Shown: positions 1 through 7,753 of the stretch, piece after piece
How positions within the stretch are numbered: the first letter of the stretch is position 1
Layout: each line of letters opens with the position of its first letter
Source: Minisyncoccota bacterium
GTDB lineage: Bacteria; Patescibacteriota; Minisyncoccia; Moranbacterales; GCA-2747515
Assembly: GCA_938044295.1 (NCBI GenBank)
Contig: CALIRC010000010.1
Coordinates: 1 to 32,083, forward strand
Direction: 5' to 3'
DNA length: 32,083 nt
Position numbers and translations under genes: made by a program
The notes under the pieces: generated by a model
What the model saw: the letters and a program-made list of their open reading frames with translations, nothing else
Databases searched by the model: none
Told to the model about the DNA's origin: nothing

Positions 1-98
1 TCACTTTCATGATGCTCATCTACAGTAGAAGCATCATCGTTTGTTACGTCTGCAGGCATACAATCACACCCACAAGAGACACATTTTTCTTCAGTCAT
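1..98 (-). CDS. 5' part of a Cys/His/Asp-rich small protein that runs off the window (possible metal-binding)
   Basis: Hand translation from ATG at 98: MTEEKCVSCGCDCMPADVTNDDASTVDEHHES..., open to the window edge. A minus-strand sigma70 promoter lies upstream. Confidence 0.55.
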   Translation of the reverse strand, partial: MTEEKCVSCGCDCMPADVTNDDASTVDEHHES

Positions 99-227
99 CT
101 TTTTGTTTTTGCGCCCCGAAGGGCTGTGTTAATTAAAAAAAGAAAACGGATTCTTTGTTTGTAACCATGTCCTCAAAAGAGGTGATACATGATTGGAAAC
201 AAAGAGACCCGTTTCTTTTATGTAGGT

Positions 228-255
228 ATTATAGCATACTGACAGGGGTTGTCAA
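228..255 (-). promoter_or_regulatory. sigma70 promoter TTGACA-N16-(TGc)TATAAT
   Basis: Reverse complement reads ttgaca acccctgtcagtatgc tataat: both hexamers are consensus, plus an extended -10. Confidence 0.8.
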
Positions 256-318
256 GGGGTAGGATAAAAAAGGTTATTAAGAACAAATTTTTTTGATAAA
301 AGAACTGACTCTGGTACA

Positions 319-627
319 ATGAGCATATTAAATGCTAAGCAATCCTCTATGCGTTATCTCAAATACGGCTTTCTACTACTAATATGTGCTGCTTTAGCTG
401 CATTCATCCTCTATATGATCAATCAAAAAGATCAAGCAGAAGAAGTAAAAGAAGTACTACTCCCGGGCACAACGCAGGAATCTGCAGAACAACAAGTCAT
501 AAACAACATCCAAGAAAGAAATGGAGAGCCACTCCCATTGCCTGAAGAAGATACAGACATTACCCAGGATGCAGGCGAGCCACTCCCATTGCCTGAAGAT
601 CAAGAAGGGACTGGACGAGGAGAATAA
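319..627 (+). CDS. small membrane-anchored protein with acidic/Pro-rich tail
   Basis: N-terminal hydrophobic helix (YGFLLLICAALAAFILYMI); GEPLPLPE occurs twice. Confidence 0.75.
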   Translation: MSILNAKQSSMRYLKYGFLLLICAALAAFILYMINQKDQAEEVKEVLLPGTTQESAEQQVINNIQERNGEPLPLPEEDTDITQDAGEPLPLPEDQEGTGRGE

Positions 628-708
628 GAAAAATCACAAGAGTTAGAAACAGTAAAGTAAGTATTCACAGAAAAAAGAACCAAAGGATAAGATAGGCAGT
701 AAAGAAAT

Positions 709-2094
709 TTAAAGTTCCATAATGTCATTTGCTTGAGGGATGATCACATTCCATGGATGCCCTTCTTCAGCAATCTTTACCTTCAGGAGCTCTGCTTGCT
801 CACCATCTCCATGGACAAGAACAACATCCTTCACATTTTTTGTAGCGAGAATATTATTGATCAAATCTCTTTGATCAGCATGAGCACTGTAAGTACGTAT
901 AGAGACTACATGAGCCTTCACATCTTTTTGTTTCCCTAGAATACGAACAGGGCTCTCACCCTCAACGATCCTACGACCAAGTGTATGTTCTGCTTGATAT
1001 CCGACGATGAGAATCGTATTACGAGCGTCATCAATATGGTGCTTGAGGTGATGTTTTACGCGACCTGCCTCGCACATACCAGAACCAGCAATAATTATAC
1101 AAGGCTTATCAAAGGCGTTAAGCTTCATACTTTCGCGCTTGCTCGCAGTATGTGTGAGACCCTTGAAAGAAAAGGGATTTTTACCTTTGTCAACAAAAAA
1201 AGCATGTGTTTCTTCATCGAAATCAGCTAAGTGATCACTAAAAATTTCAGTAAAATTTGTCGCAAGCGGGCTATCAACAAAAACAGGTAAACGTGGAATT
1301 TTTTTCTGATTGTAGAGGTGATGCAAATCGTAGAGAATTTCTTGTGTGCGCTCAAGCGCAAAGCTAGGAATAATAATTTTACCTTTGCGGCTATGTGTAT
1401 CTGCAATAACTTTTTGAAGCTCAGCGCGAGCACTACTTGACTCTTTGTGCAGGCGACCACCATAAGTACTTTCAGTAATAAGCACATCCGCCTCTGGAAT
1501 AGGATCTGACTCATGAAGAATTTTACGATTTCGCGGCCCTAAATCACCAGTAAATCCAATATGTTTATCGCCGATAGTGATGTGTATCTGTGAGCTCCCA
1601 AGGATGTGGCCGGCATTGTAAAATGTAACATCAGCAACATCTGCTACACGAAAGGTATGATTTCGTTCTTGTGGTGAAAGAAGTGAAAGACATTCATGTA
1701 CATCATCACGTGAGTACAGTGGATCCAACGCAATAATATTTGGATCTTCTTTTGCCCGCGCTGCCCAGAAAAGTGCATCTTCCTGCTGAATGTGTGCTGC
1801 ATCATACAGGAGAGGGTTAAGAAGTTCTGCAGTACCTGCAGTCGTATAGATCGGTCCACGATAACCATGCTTTACAAGTACAGGCAAAAGGCCAGAATGG
1901 TCGATATGCGCATGTGAAAGAATCACAGCATCGATATCCGTAGCAGAAAAAGGAAGTTCTTTGTTCCGGTCATGAGACTCCTTAAAATGCCCTTGATGCA
2001 TACCACATTCCAAGAGAATGCGCTTCCCATCATGTTCTATCACATGCTTACTACCTGTAACACCACCCGCAGCACCATAAAAAGTAATTTTCAT
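709..2094 (-). CDS. MBL-fold metallo-hydrolase with beta-CASP/RNA-specificity domain (YSH1-like ribonuclease)
   Basis: Motifs GAAGGVTGS, LSHAHIDHSG, NAGHILGS, FTGDLG, ESTYG, GSGMCEAGR, YSAHAD, LVHGD. Confidence 0.92.
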   Translation of the reverse strand: MKITFYGAAGGVTGSKHVIEHDGKRILLECGMHQGHFKESHDRNKELPFSATDIDAVILSHAHIDHSGLLPVLVKHGYRGPIYTTAGTAELLNPLLYDAAHIQQEDALFWAARAKEDPNIIALDPLYSRDDVHECLSLLSPQERNHTFRVADVADVTFYNAGHILGSSQIHITIGDKHIGFTGDLGPRNRKILHESDPIPEADVLITESTYGGRLHKESSSARAELQKVIADTHSRKGKIIIPSFALERTQEILYDLHHLYNQKKIPRLPVFVDSPLATNFTEIFSDHLADFDEETHAFFVDKGKNPFSFKGLTHTASKRESMKLNAFDKPCIIIAGSGMCEAGRVKHHLKHHIDDARNTILIVGYQAEHTLGRRIVEGESPVRILGKQKDVKAHVVSIRTYSAHADQRDLINNILATKNVKDVVLVHGDGEQAELLKVKIAEEGHPWNVIIPQANDIMEL

Positions 2095-2212
2095 ATTATT
2101 TTGTATTGATGAGACTGCATCACTGCTAAATCAGTTTGATATGTAGTATGCATAAATCTCACAACTGTATTATAGATCTATTGTACGATAGGATGAGAGT
2201 TTTTCATAGAAA

Positions 2213-2291
2213 TAGGACTTACACACGTGAGTGTAATTTTAGGCAAAATCGAAGCTTTTCACGAAAAAGTACACCAAGTGCGTAAGCCCTA
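2213..2291. repeat. MITE/REPIN-like element, copy 1 (internally shortened)
   Basis: Ends TAGGACTTACACAC / GTGCGTAAGCCCTA (12/14 inverted match). Aligns with both ends of the element at 8684-8804. Confidence 0.75.
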
Positions 2292-2293
2292 AG

Positions 2294-2321
2294 AAAAACA
2301 GGTAGCAATATTGCCACCTGT
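2294..2321 (-). terminator. intrinsic terminator of the 2340-2549 gene
   Basis: Minus strand ACAGGTGGCAATATTGCTACCTGT forms a hairpin followed by a T run. Confidence 0.65.
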
Positions 2322-2339
2322 CTACACATCAGTCATTTC

Positions 2340-2549
2340 TCATTTTTTTTCTTTGTCTAAATAAAAAGAAAACAACTGCAAAATTTCTGCACGAATTGCG
2401 CTAAAAGTATATTTAGCCGTCCATAGGTTAATGTATGTCGAGATTAAAACACACAAAAGTGCAACAAGATACTTTTCAGCACCTGTAATGGGCAGGAAAA
2501 AAGCTAGCACAGAAAGTACAAGCGGAAGGAGGTAATATATCAATGACAT
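2340..2549 (-). CDS. small hypothetical membrane protein (2 TM)
   Basis: 69-aa ORF with two hydrophobic segments and a downstream terminator. Confidence 0.6.
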   Translation of the reverse strand: MSLIYYLLPLVLSVLAFFLPITGAEKYLVALLCVLISTYINLWTAKYTFSAIRAEILQLFSFYLDKEKK

Positions 2550-2732
2550 AAGACAAGCTCCACGAAAAAAAGAACACTACCATCGTTAAAGTAACATAGA
2601 TGACAATAGTATAGAAACACTATCAATCAGCACTATGATTGTCAAGGAGTAGTAAGAACGTGAACAATGCTAGTAATGAAAAGCTACAGTTTTGATTACA
2701 ATCATGATAGAATAAAAAAAATAAAAAAACAG

Positions 2733-3968
2733 ATGAAAAACGAACATAAGATCCTTATTATTGGTGGTGGCTTCGCTGGTGTTAAATGCGCACAAAAACT
2801 CTCGAAACAGCACTTACCAGAAGGCACGCAAATTAGAATCGTAAGTAACCGCGAGCACTTTGAGTATCACGGAGCACTCTACCGTGTGGCTGCTGGAAAT
2901 ACGCCACTAGAAGTATGTTTTCCACTAAGAGAAATTATCGATACACAAAAAGTCGATATTATCCACGATACAGTAACCAAGATCGAGAAGAAAAAGAATC
3001 AGGTAAAGGGTGCAAGTGGATCCACATATAGATACGATACACTCGTAATAGCCCTTGGAGCACAGACCATCTATTTCGGTATTCCTGGACTCCGTGAAAA
3101 TGCACATGGCATGAAAAGCATCGATCGTGCAATTGGACTCAAAAATCACATCATAGAAGCAATAGAGAGTTGCGCACACAGCAAAGAAGGCAAAGAAACA
3201 TGCGGTACAAACTTTGTCGTTGTTGGGGGTGGTGCTACAGGCGTCGAAGTTGCAGGGGAATTAGTAGAGTATGCAAAAAAACTCTCTACTATGCACGGGA
3301 ATGATCCAAGTAATGTACATGTGGACCTCGTAGAGGCGCAGAATCGCATACTAGGATTAATGCCTGAAGAATTCGCAAAAAAAATGCACAGACGTCTCCA
3401 AGATCTTGGTATCAACGTCATGACAGATACAGCAATTACAGAAAGTGAAGCGCAGGGAGTACTGCTAAAGGGAAAGAATATGGAATCCAAAATTGCTGCA
3501 AAAACTGTCATATGGACAGCGGGTGTACGTGCAAATGCCCTCATCGAAGAGGCTGGCTTTACACTCGGGAGAGGGCGCAAGGCAGTGGTATGTAAACACT
3601 TACATGCCCAGGGGCACAAAAACATTTTTATGGCAGGTGATGTAGCACAAACCACGTACTCTGGCATGGCACAAACAGCACTCTACGACGGTGCATATAT
3701 AGCAGACGCAATTAGCCGTACGTTATCAGGACGAGCACTTTCGCCATACAAGCCACGAGGTGTACTCTACGCCGTCCCAGTAGGTCCAGGGTGGGCAGGT
3801 GCATCTGTTGGTTCATTAAACATGTACGGACGTATTGGGTGGTGGGTGCGGCGATTACTTGATCTTATAGTGTTTATAAAAATTGCCCCACTAGACAAAG
3901 CATGGCGTGCTTTTGGTGCAAAACATGAGGCAGGTGAACTATGTGATCATTGTAAAAAGGAAGAGTAA
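2733..3968 (+). CDS. ndh: type II NADH dehydrogenase-like FAD-dependent oxidoreductase
   Basis: Two Rossmann motifs (IIGGGFAG, VVGGGATGVE), plus WTAGV and AGD. Start moved to MKNEHK at 2733 (track start 2667). Confidence 0.85.
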   Translation: MKNEHKILIIGGGFAGVKCAQKLSKQHLPEGTQIRIVSNREHFEYHGALYRVAAGNTPLEVCFPLREIIDTQKVDIIHDTVTKIEKKKNQVKGASGSTYRYDTLVIALGAQTIYFGIPGLRENAHGMKSIDRAIGLKNHIIEAIESCAHSKEGKETCGTNFVVVGGGATGVEVAGELVEYAKKLSTMHGNDPSNVHVDLVEAQNRILGLMPEEFAKKMHRRLQDLGINVMTDTAITESEAQGVLLKGKNMESKIAAKTVIWTAGVRANALIEEAGFTLGRGRKAVVCKHLHAQGHKNIFMAGDVAQTTYSGMAQTALYDGAYIADAISRTLSGRALSPYKPRGVLYAVPVGPGWAGASVGSLNMYGRIGWWVRRLLDLIVFIKIAPLDKAWRAFGAKHEAGELCDHCKKEE

Positions 3969-4044
3969 AAGAAAAAAATCGCTTTTTTTCGCAGGAAATC
4001 TTGTGGTATACTAAACTGGTAAATCGCATATAAAGTCTAATCAT

Positions 4045-4368
4045 ATGGCTGATATAGCAAAGTACGTCGTAGACGTGGCAAAGTACACGGATAGTGTAAA
4101 TGAAGATGTGGTTGCGACAATCGTGAAAAACCTCGCTCCTGTCCTGGGTCGGCGTGATGCAATGCTCGTTTCCTGTAGTGATGAGAAAGAGCTACAGACT
4201 GTTCGTAAGAACTTCATTGAAAAAAAGTGTGGTGTAGATGCAAATGATGAAAAAGCAAAGGCTGCAACAGATGCAGTATGCGAAAGAATGAAAGACGATC
4301 GAACAAAAAATCGTGTAACATTCTACTACCTTCTAGCAGAGGAATTAAGGTGTCTTGGGAAATTCTAA
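4045..4368 (+). CDS. DUF2853 family protein
   Basis: Resembles the family pattern DA.LVSCSD..EL.TV..NF..KK.G ... RVTFYYLLA. Extended -10 TGTGGTATACT at 4002-4012. Confidence 0.8.
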   Translation: MADIAKYVVDVAKYTDSVNEDVVATIVKNLAPVLGRRDAMLVSCSDEKELQTVRKNFIEKKCGVDANDEKAKAATDAVCERMKDDRTKNRVTFYYLLAEELRCLGKF

Positions 4369-4410
4369 AGATTTCAAAAAATCAACTGAATGCACGAGAG
4401 ATTCTCGTAT

Positions 4411-4437
4411 AAAAAACCACCGTTAAGGTGGTTTTTT
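4411..4437 (+). terminator. intrinsic terminator (bidirectional-type)
   Basis: AAAAAACCACC-gttaa-GGTGGTTTTTT. Confidence 0.85.
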
Positions 4438-4537
4438 AGCCTGTTAATATCTCGCAGTCAAAAAGTTGTGGTTTTTTAGTAGAAATGTGGTATACTAAAA
4501 TCATTAAAAAAGAGGAAAAACCTCAAAAAACAAAAAT

Positions 4538-4639
4538 ATGAAAGAAGACTCAGCACATAATATGGTACTCTTTGCAGTTTTTGCAACAGCAGTTTCTGTT
4601 ATGCTAAGAAGCTATATCGATTTCGTTGTAACAGTATAG
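4538..4639 (+). CDS. putative 33-aa single-TM small protein
   Basis: MKEDSAHNMVLFAVFATAVSVMLRSYIDFVVTV. It has its own extended -10 (TGTGGTATACT, 4486-4496) and a terminator at 4666-4691. Confidence 0.5.
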   Translation: MKEDSAHNMVLFAVFATAVSVMLRSYIDFVVTV

Positions 4640-4665
4640 TATACGATTTTACAGATCACATATCA

Positions 4666-4691
4666 AAAACCACCTATTATAGGTGGTTTTT
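4666..4691. terminator. bidirectional intrinsic terminator
   Basis: AAAAACCACCTA-tta-TAGGTGGTTTTT between convergent units. Confidence 0.85.
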
Positions 4692-4707
4692 GATATAGAT
4701 GAGATAA

Positions 4708-6051
4708 TTAATATATAATAATCGGTGTACCAACGTCAGCCCAAGCATAGAGTTCAGCAGAGTTTTCAGAGTCATGTCGCACACACCCTGGAGAAACGGC
4801 CGCATCGATACTTGCAATTGATTCTTTTCCACCACCTGGCGAGTTTGGGAAATCAGGGTGATTAGCCGGCCATTCAACAAGATCATGGATACCGTAGAGA
4901 CCATCAGGGGTAAATGCCATCCAGTAGGGGAGGTAGACACCAAATGAGCGTGAGATTGGACGGAGGCCTTTATTTTCAACTTTAAATGTACCGGTAAGTG
5001 TAGGTGTCTCTTTTGCGCCAGGGGAATTCACAAAACTCTTGACTGCAACGCCATCTTCAAAGAGGGTGGTGAGGCGAGCATTGAGATCTATGTCAATGTA
5101 CTTCCCTTCGGTAACTTTCGGTATGACACGTTCAACGGCAAGTGTAGTGCGCTCCTGCGCTTCTTTTGGCCAGATGGTAGGCTGTGGGAGGCGCGCCTCG
5201 AATGTAACCTTACCTATAGGATAGAAATATGCATTAGATTGCTCTTTTTGCTTTGCATAGACGATAAAGTCCATAACCTTTGCAGTTTCTGTAACGCCTT
5301 TAATGGTCGCGCGCAATACTCGCTCAGAGGGTATAAGTTCTTGCTCAAGAGGGAGAAGGTCTCTTCCTACAATCCGAAAGTCAAAACTCTCAACACTACG
5401 ATCTAAGATAACATCAAATGATTTTCCATTCTCGATAACAAAGTCTTTTACATCAGCATTCGGTTCTTGAGCAGTAATTTGCGGATACCCATCAGAGCGG
5501 AAACTATAAAACGTTGAGGGGCCATCAGAATCGCCAAGTGTTAGCGCAATACTGTAGTGAGTACCAGGCGCCCACGTTGTATGAGGGGAAATCGAGAGAG
5601 TGTGGAATGTATCATCCCATTTTGTTTCAATAGGGTGGCTAGGGTAGATATCGACGTGGACAGATTCGCTATTGACTGGTGCATCGAAAATAAAAACAAT
5701 TTCTGTATCTGACACAAGGCGCGCATCAGAAACTGTATGAGGAGGAAGTTGTGCGGAAGCAGTCTCCGAATATTGTGCGCCTCCAAGGAGGGGCTTCGTA
5801 GAAAAATCAACCGGCGTGTGGAGGGGTGCACCAAGCGTACTAATGGGCACAATGATAAGTGCGTACGCAAAAAGCTTATTCTGTGCCATACGTCCAAGGT
5901 AGGAGCGGTACGCGCGATGCGCAGGAGCGACAAAAAGGTAAGAACGAGAGGTTCGCAGGCGATTAAAAAAAAGAAGTGCAAAAACAAAGAACTTCTCACA
6001 AAAGCGATCTAGATACTTCTTATATTGTATTTTATACGGTGGTAAAGTCAT
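4708..6051 (-). CDS. L,D-transpeptidase (YkuD) family protein with N-terminal membrane anchor and Ig-like domains
   Basis: C-terminal YkuD-type region: KYIDIDL...TPTLTGTFKVENK...LPYWMAF...YGIH...SPGCVR...GTPIII. Start codon uncertain. Confidence 0.85.
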   Translation of the reverse strand: MTLPPYKIQYKKYLDRFCEKFFVFALLFFNRLRTSRSYLFVAPAHRAYRSYLGRMAQNKLFAYALIIVPISTLGAPLHTPVDFSTKPLLGGAQYSETASAQLPPHTVSDARLVSDTEIVFIFDAPVNSESVHVDIYPSHPIETKWDDTFHTLSISPHTTWAPGTHYSIALTLGDSDGPSTFYSFRSDGYPQITAQEPNADVKDFVIENGKSFDVILDRSVESFDFRIVGRDLLPLEQELIPSERVLRATIKGVTETAKVMDFIVYAKQKEQSNAYFYPIGKVTFEARLPQPTIWPKEAQERTTLAVERVIPKVTEGKYIDIDLNARLTTLFEDGVAVKSFVNSPGAKETPTLTGTFKVENKGLRPISRSFGVYLPYWMAFTPDGLYGIHDLVEWPANHPDFPNSPGGGKESIASIDAAVSPGCVRHDSENSAELYAWADVGTPIIIY

Positions 6052-6155
6052 CGTAATTTGACAAGTAATAGCACGTCACATATTCCAAGGAGAAACAAAA
6101 AATGAGCCAACCAACTAGTGGTTGCTCACCCATTTGTATTTCCAGTAATAAAACC

Positions 6156-6184
6156 ATTATAGCATGATTTTTTACTCTCGTCAA
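6156..6184 (-). promoter_or_regulatory. sigma70 promoter TTGACG-N17-(TGc)TATAAT for the L,D-transpeptidase
   Basis: Reverse complement ttgacg agagtaaaaaatcatgc tataat. Confidence 0.75.
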
Positions 6185-6201
6185 GAAAAAATGAAATCCA
6201 C

Positions 6202-6230
6202 TGAAAGAAAAGTATGTTACAGGCGTAGTA
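6202..6230 (+). promoter_or_regulatory. putative ECF (SigW-like) autoregulatory promoter TGAAAG-N16-CGTA
   Basis: tgaaag aaaagtatgttacagg cgta gta lies ~40 nt upstream of the ECF sigma gene. The same motif and spacing occur at 8840-8868. Confidence 0.7.
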
Positions 6231-6269
6231 TAATGTAAGGATAATAATCTAAAAAAAATTAAAACTGCG

Positions 6270-6890
6270 ATGAAGGGGGAATTATCGGATCCGGGGAGCG
6301 GAAAACCTCAGGATGCGACAGACGAAGAGCTTGCTCGCACCGTTTCGGAAAATCCGGAAGTTTTTGGGATACTGATGCAAAGATATGAAAAAAAACTGAT
6401 GACATACATTTTGCGTAAAAGTAATGTCACAAGAGAGGTAGCAGAAGATCTGCTGCAAGAAAGCTTCCTAAAAGCCTACCAAAACATCAACAACTTCGAC
6501 ACGCGGTTATCCTTCTCTTCATGGATCTACAGAATCGTTCACAACCAAACAATTAGTGGTTGGCGCAAGGCAAAAGTCAGACCGGAGGGAAATGCTATAG
6601 AAGTAGATACGGATTTCTTAGGACGTATCGCATCAGACGAAGATCTTGCGCGAATTGTCAATCAGCAGTACCTCATAAAAAACATCACTACGATCTTCGC
6701 AGAAATGGATGAAAAATACAGAAATGTGCTTGTTCTGAGATTCATGGAAGAGAAAAGCTACGAAGAAATAGCAGATATTATAAAAAAACCCATGGGTACC
6801 GTAGCGACGTATCTCTCACGCGCCAAAAAGCAATTTATAAAAATGTCAGACAAGCGAAACAATGATTTATTTCCAGATGAAAAAGCATGA
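6270..6890 (+). CDS. ECF RNA polymerase sigma-70 factor (SigW/RpoE-like)
   Basis: Region 2 AEDLLQESFLKAYQNINNFD..FSSWIYRIVHN; region 4 SYEEIADIIKKPMGTVATYLSRAK. Confidence 0.93.
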   Translation: MKGELSDPGSGKPQDATDEELARTVSENPEVFGILMQRYEKKLMTYILRKSNVTREVAEDLLQESFLKAYQNINNFDTRLSFSSWIYRIVHNQTISGWRKAKVRPEGNAIEVDTDFLGRIASDEDLARIVNQQYLIKNITTIFAEMDEKYRNVLVLRFMEEKSYEEIADIIKKPMGTVATYLSRAKKQFIKMSDKRNNDLFPDEKA

Positions 6891-7675
6891 GTAAGAAGAA
6901 TCCACAAAATGAAACAGATCTCTGCACACGCGTAATGGATGAGATCACTCAGAAGAAAGTCGCACCAAAACCGCGGTGGTATTTTACGTTAAAAAATCTC
7001 TTTCTGTGGGCAACGGGTATTGGACTGCTATTAGTAGGAAGTCTGAGCGTCAGTATCATTATCTTTATCATTACTGGATCCCCATGGGAACTCCGTGCAT
7101 TCATGGGGGAAAGTCACCTAGGCTATTTAATGCAGTTTTTTCCATTTCTGTGGCTTGTCTCATTTATTGTTTTTCTCATGACAGCAGATTTCATCTTTTC
7201 AAGAACCAAAGGCACGTACAAGCATTCTGCCATCAAAGTTTCGTTGGTAATTCTCTTAGCAAGTATAGTCTTAGGGTCTCTCTTACACCTATGCAAAGTC
7301 TCAAAAATGACCGACCAGATCCTTGGTAAAAAAGCACCGAAACTCTACCAAACACTAGAAAAACGCAAAAACGGAGCTATGCACAGGCCAAAAAAAGGCC
7401 GTGTCATGGGTGTTGTGCAATCAGTCCATACAGATGGTAGCGTAAACAGAGAACACTTCATAATCGTCCATCCTGAGAAAGAAAAAGAGCTCACTATCTA
7501 TACACACGAATTGCCGCAAGAAAAATACGAGCTTGTACAAGTAGGCTCTAAACTGCTGATCATAGGAAAACCAGCAGAAAAAGGCGCCTTCCACGCTCAT
7601 GATATCCGCAACTTCGAAAAAATCCGCAAACACATCCGCAAGATGTTAAGAGAAAAAAAGACATTGCAGTATTAA
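6887..7675 (+). CDS. multi-pass membrane protein, putative anti-sigma factor
   Basis: ATGA overlap with the sigma gene; three TM segments; soluble C-terminal domain. Function inferred from context. Confidence 0.7.
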   Translation: MSKKNPQNETDLCTRVMDEITQKKVAPKPRWYFTLKNLFLWATGIGLLLVGSLSVSIIIFIITGSPWELRAFMGESHLGYLMQFFPFLWLVSFIVFLMTADFIFSRTKGTYKHSAIKVSLVILLASIVLGSLLHLCKVSKMTDQILGKKAPKLYQTLEKRKNGAMHRPKKGRVMGVVQSVHTDGSVNREHFIIVHPEKEKELTIYTHELPQEKYELVQVGSKLLIIGKPAEKGAFHAHDIRNFEKIRKHIRKMLREKKTLQY

Positions 7676-7677
7676 AA

Positions 7678-7732
7678 AAAACCTTTCCGCTGGAAAGGTT
7701 TTCGTCCGTTGTGAAATACACACAACGGACGA
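7678..7732. terminator. two adjacent perfect hairpins between convergent genes
   Basis: AAAACCTTTCC-gct-GGAAAGGTTTT, then TCGTCCGTTGTG-aaataca-CACAACGGACGA. Confidence 0.75.
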
Positions 7733-7753
7733 CAAATAATAAAAAGTACTTGT

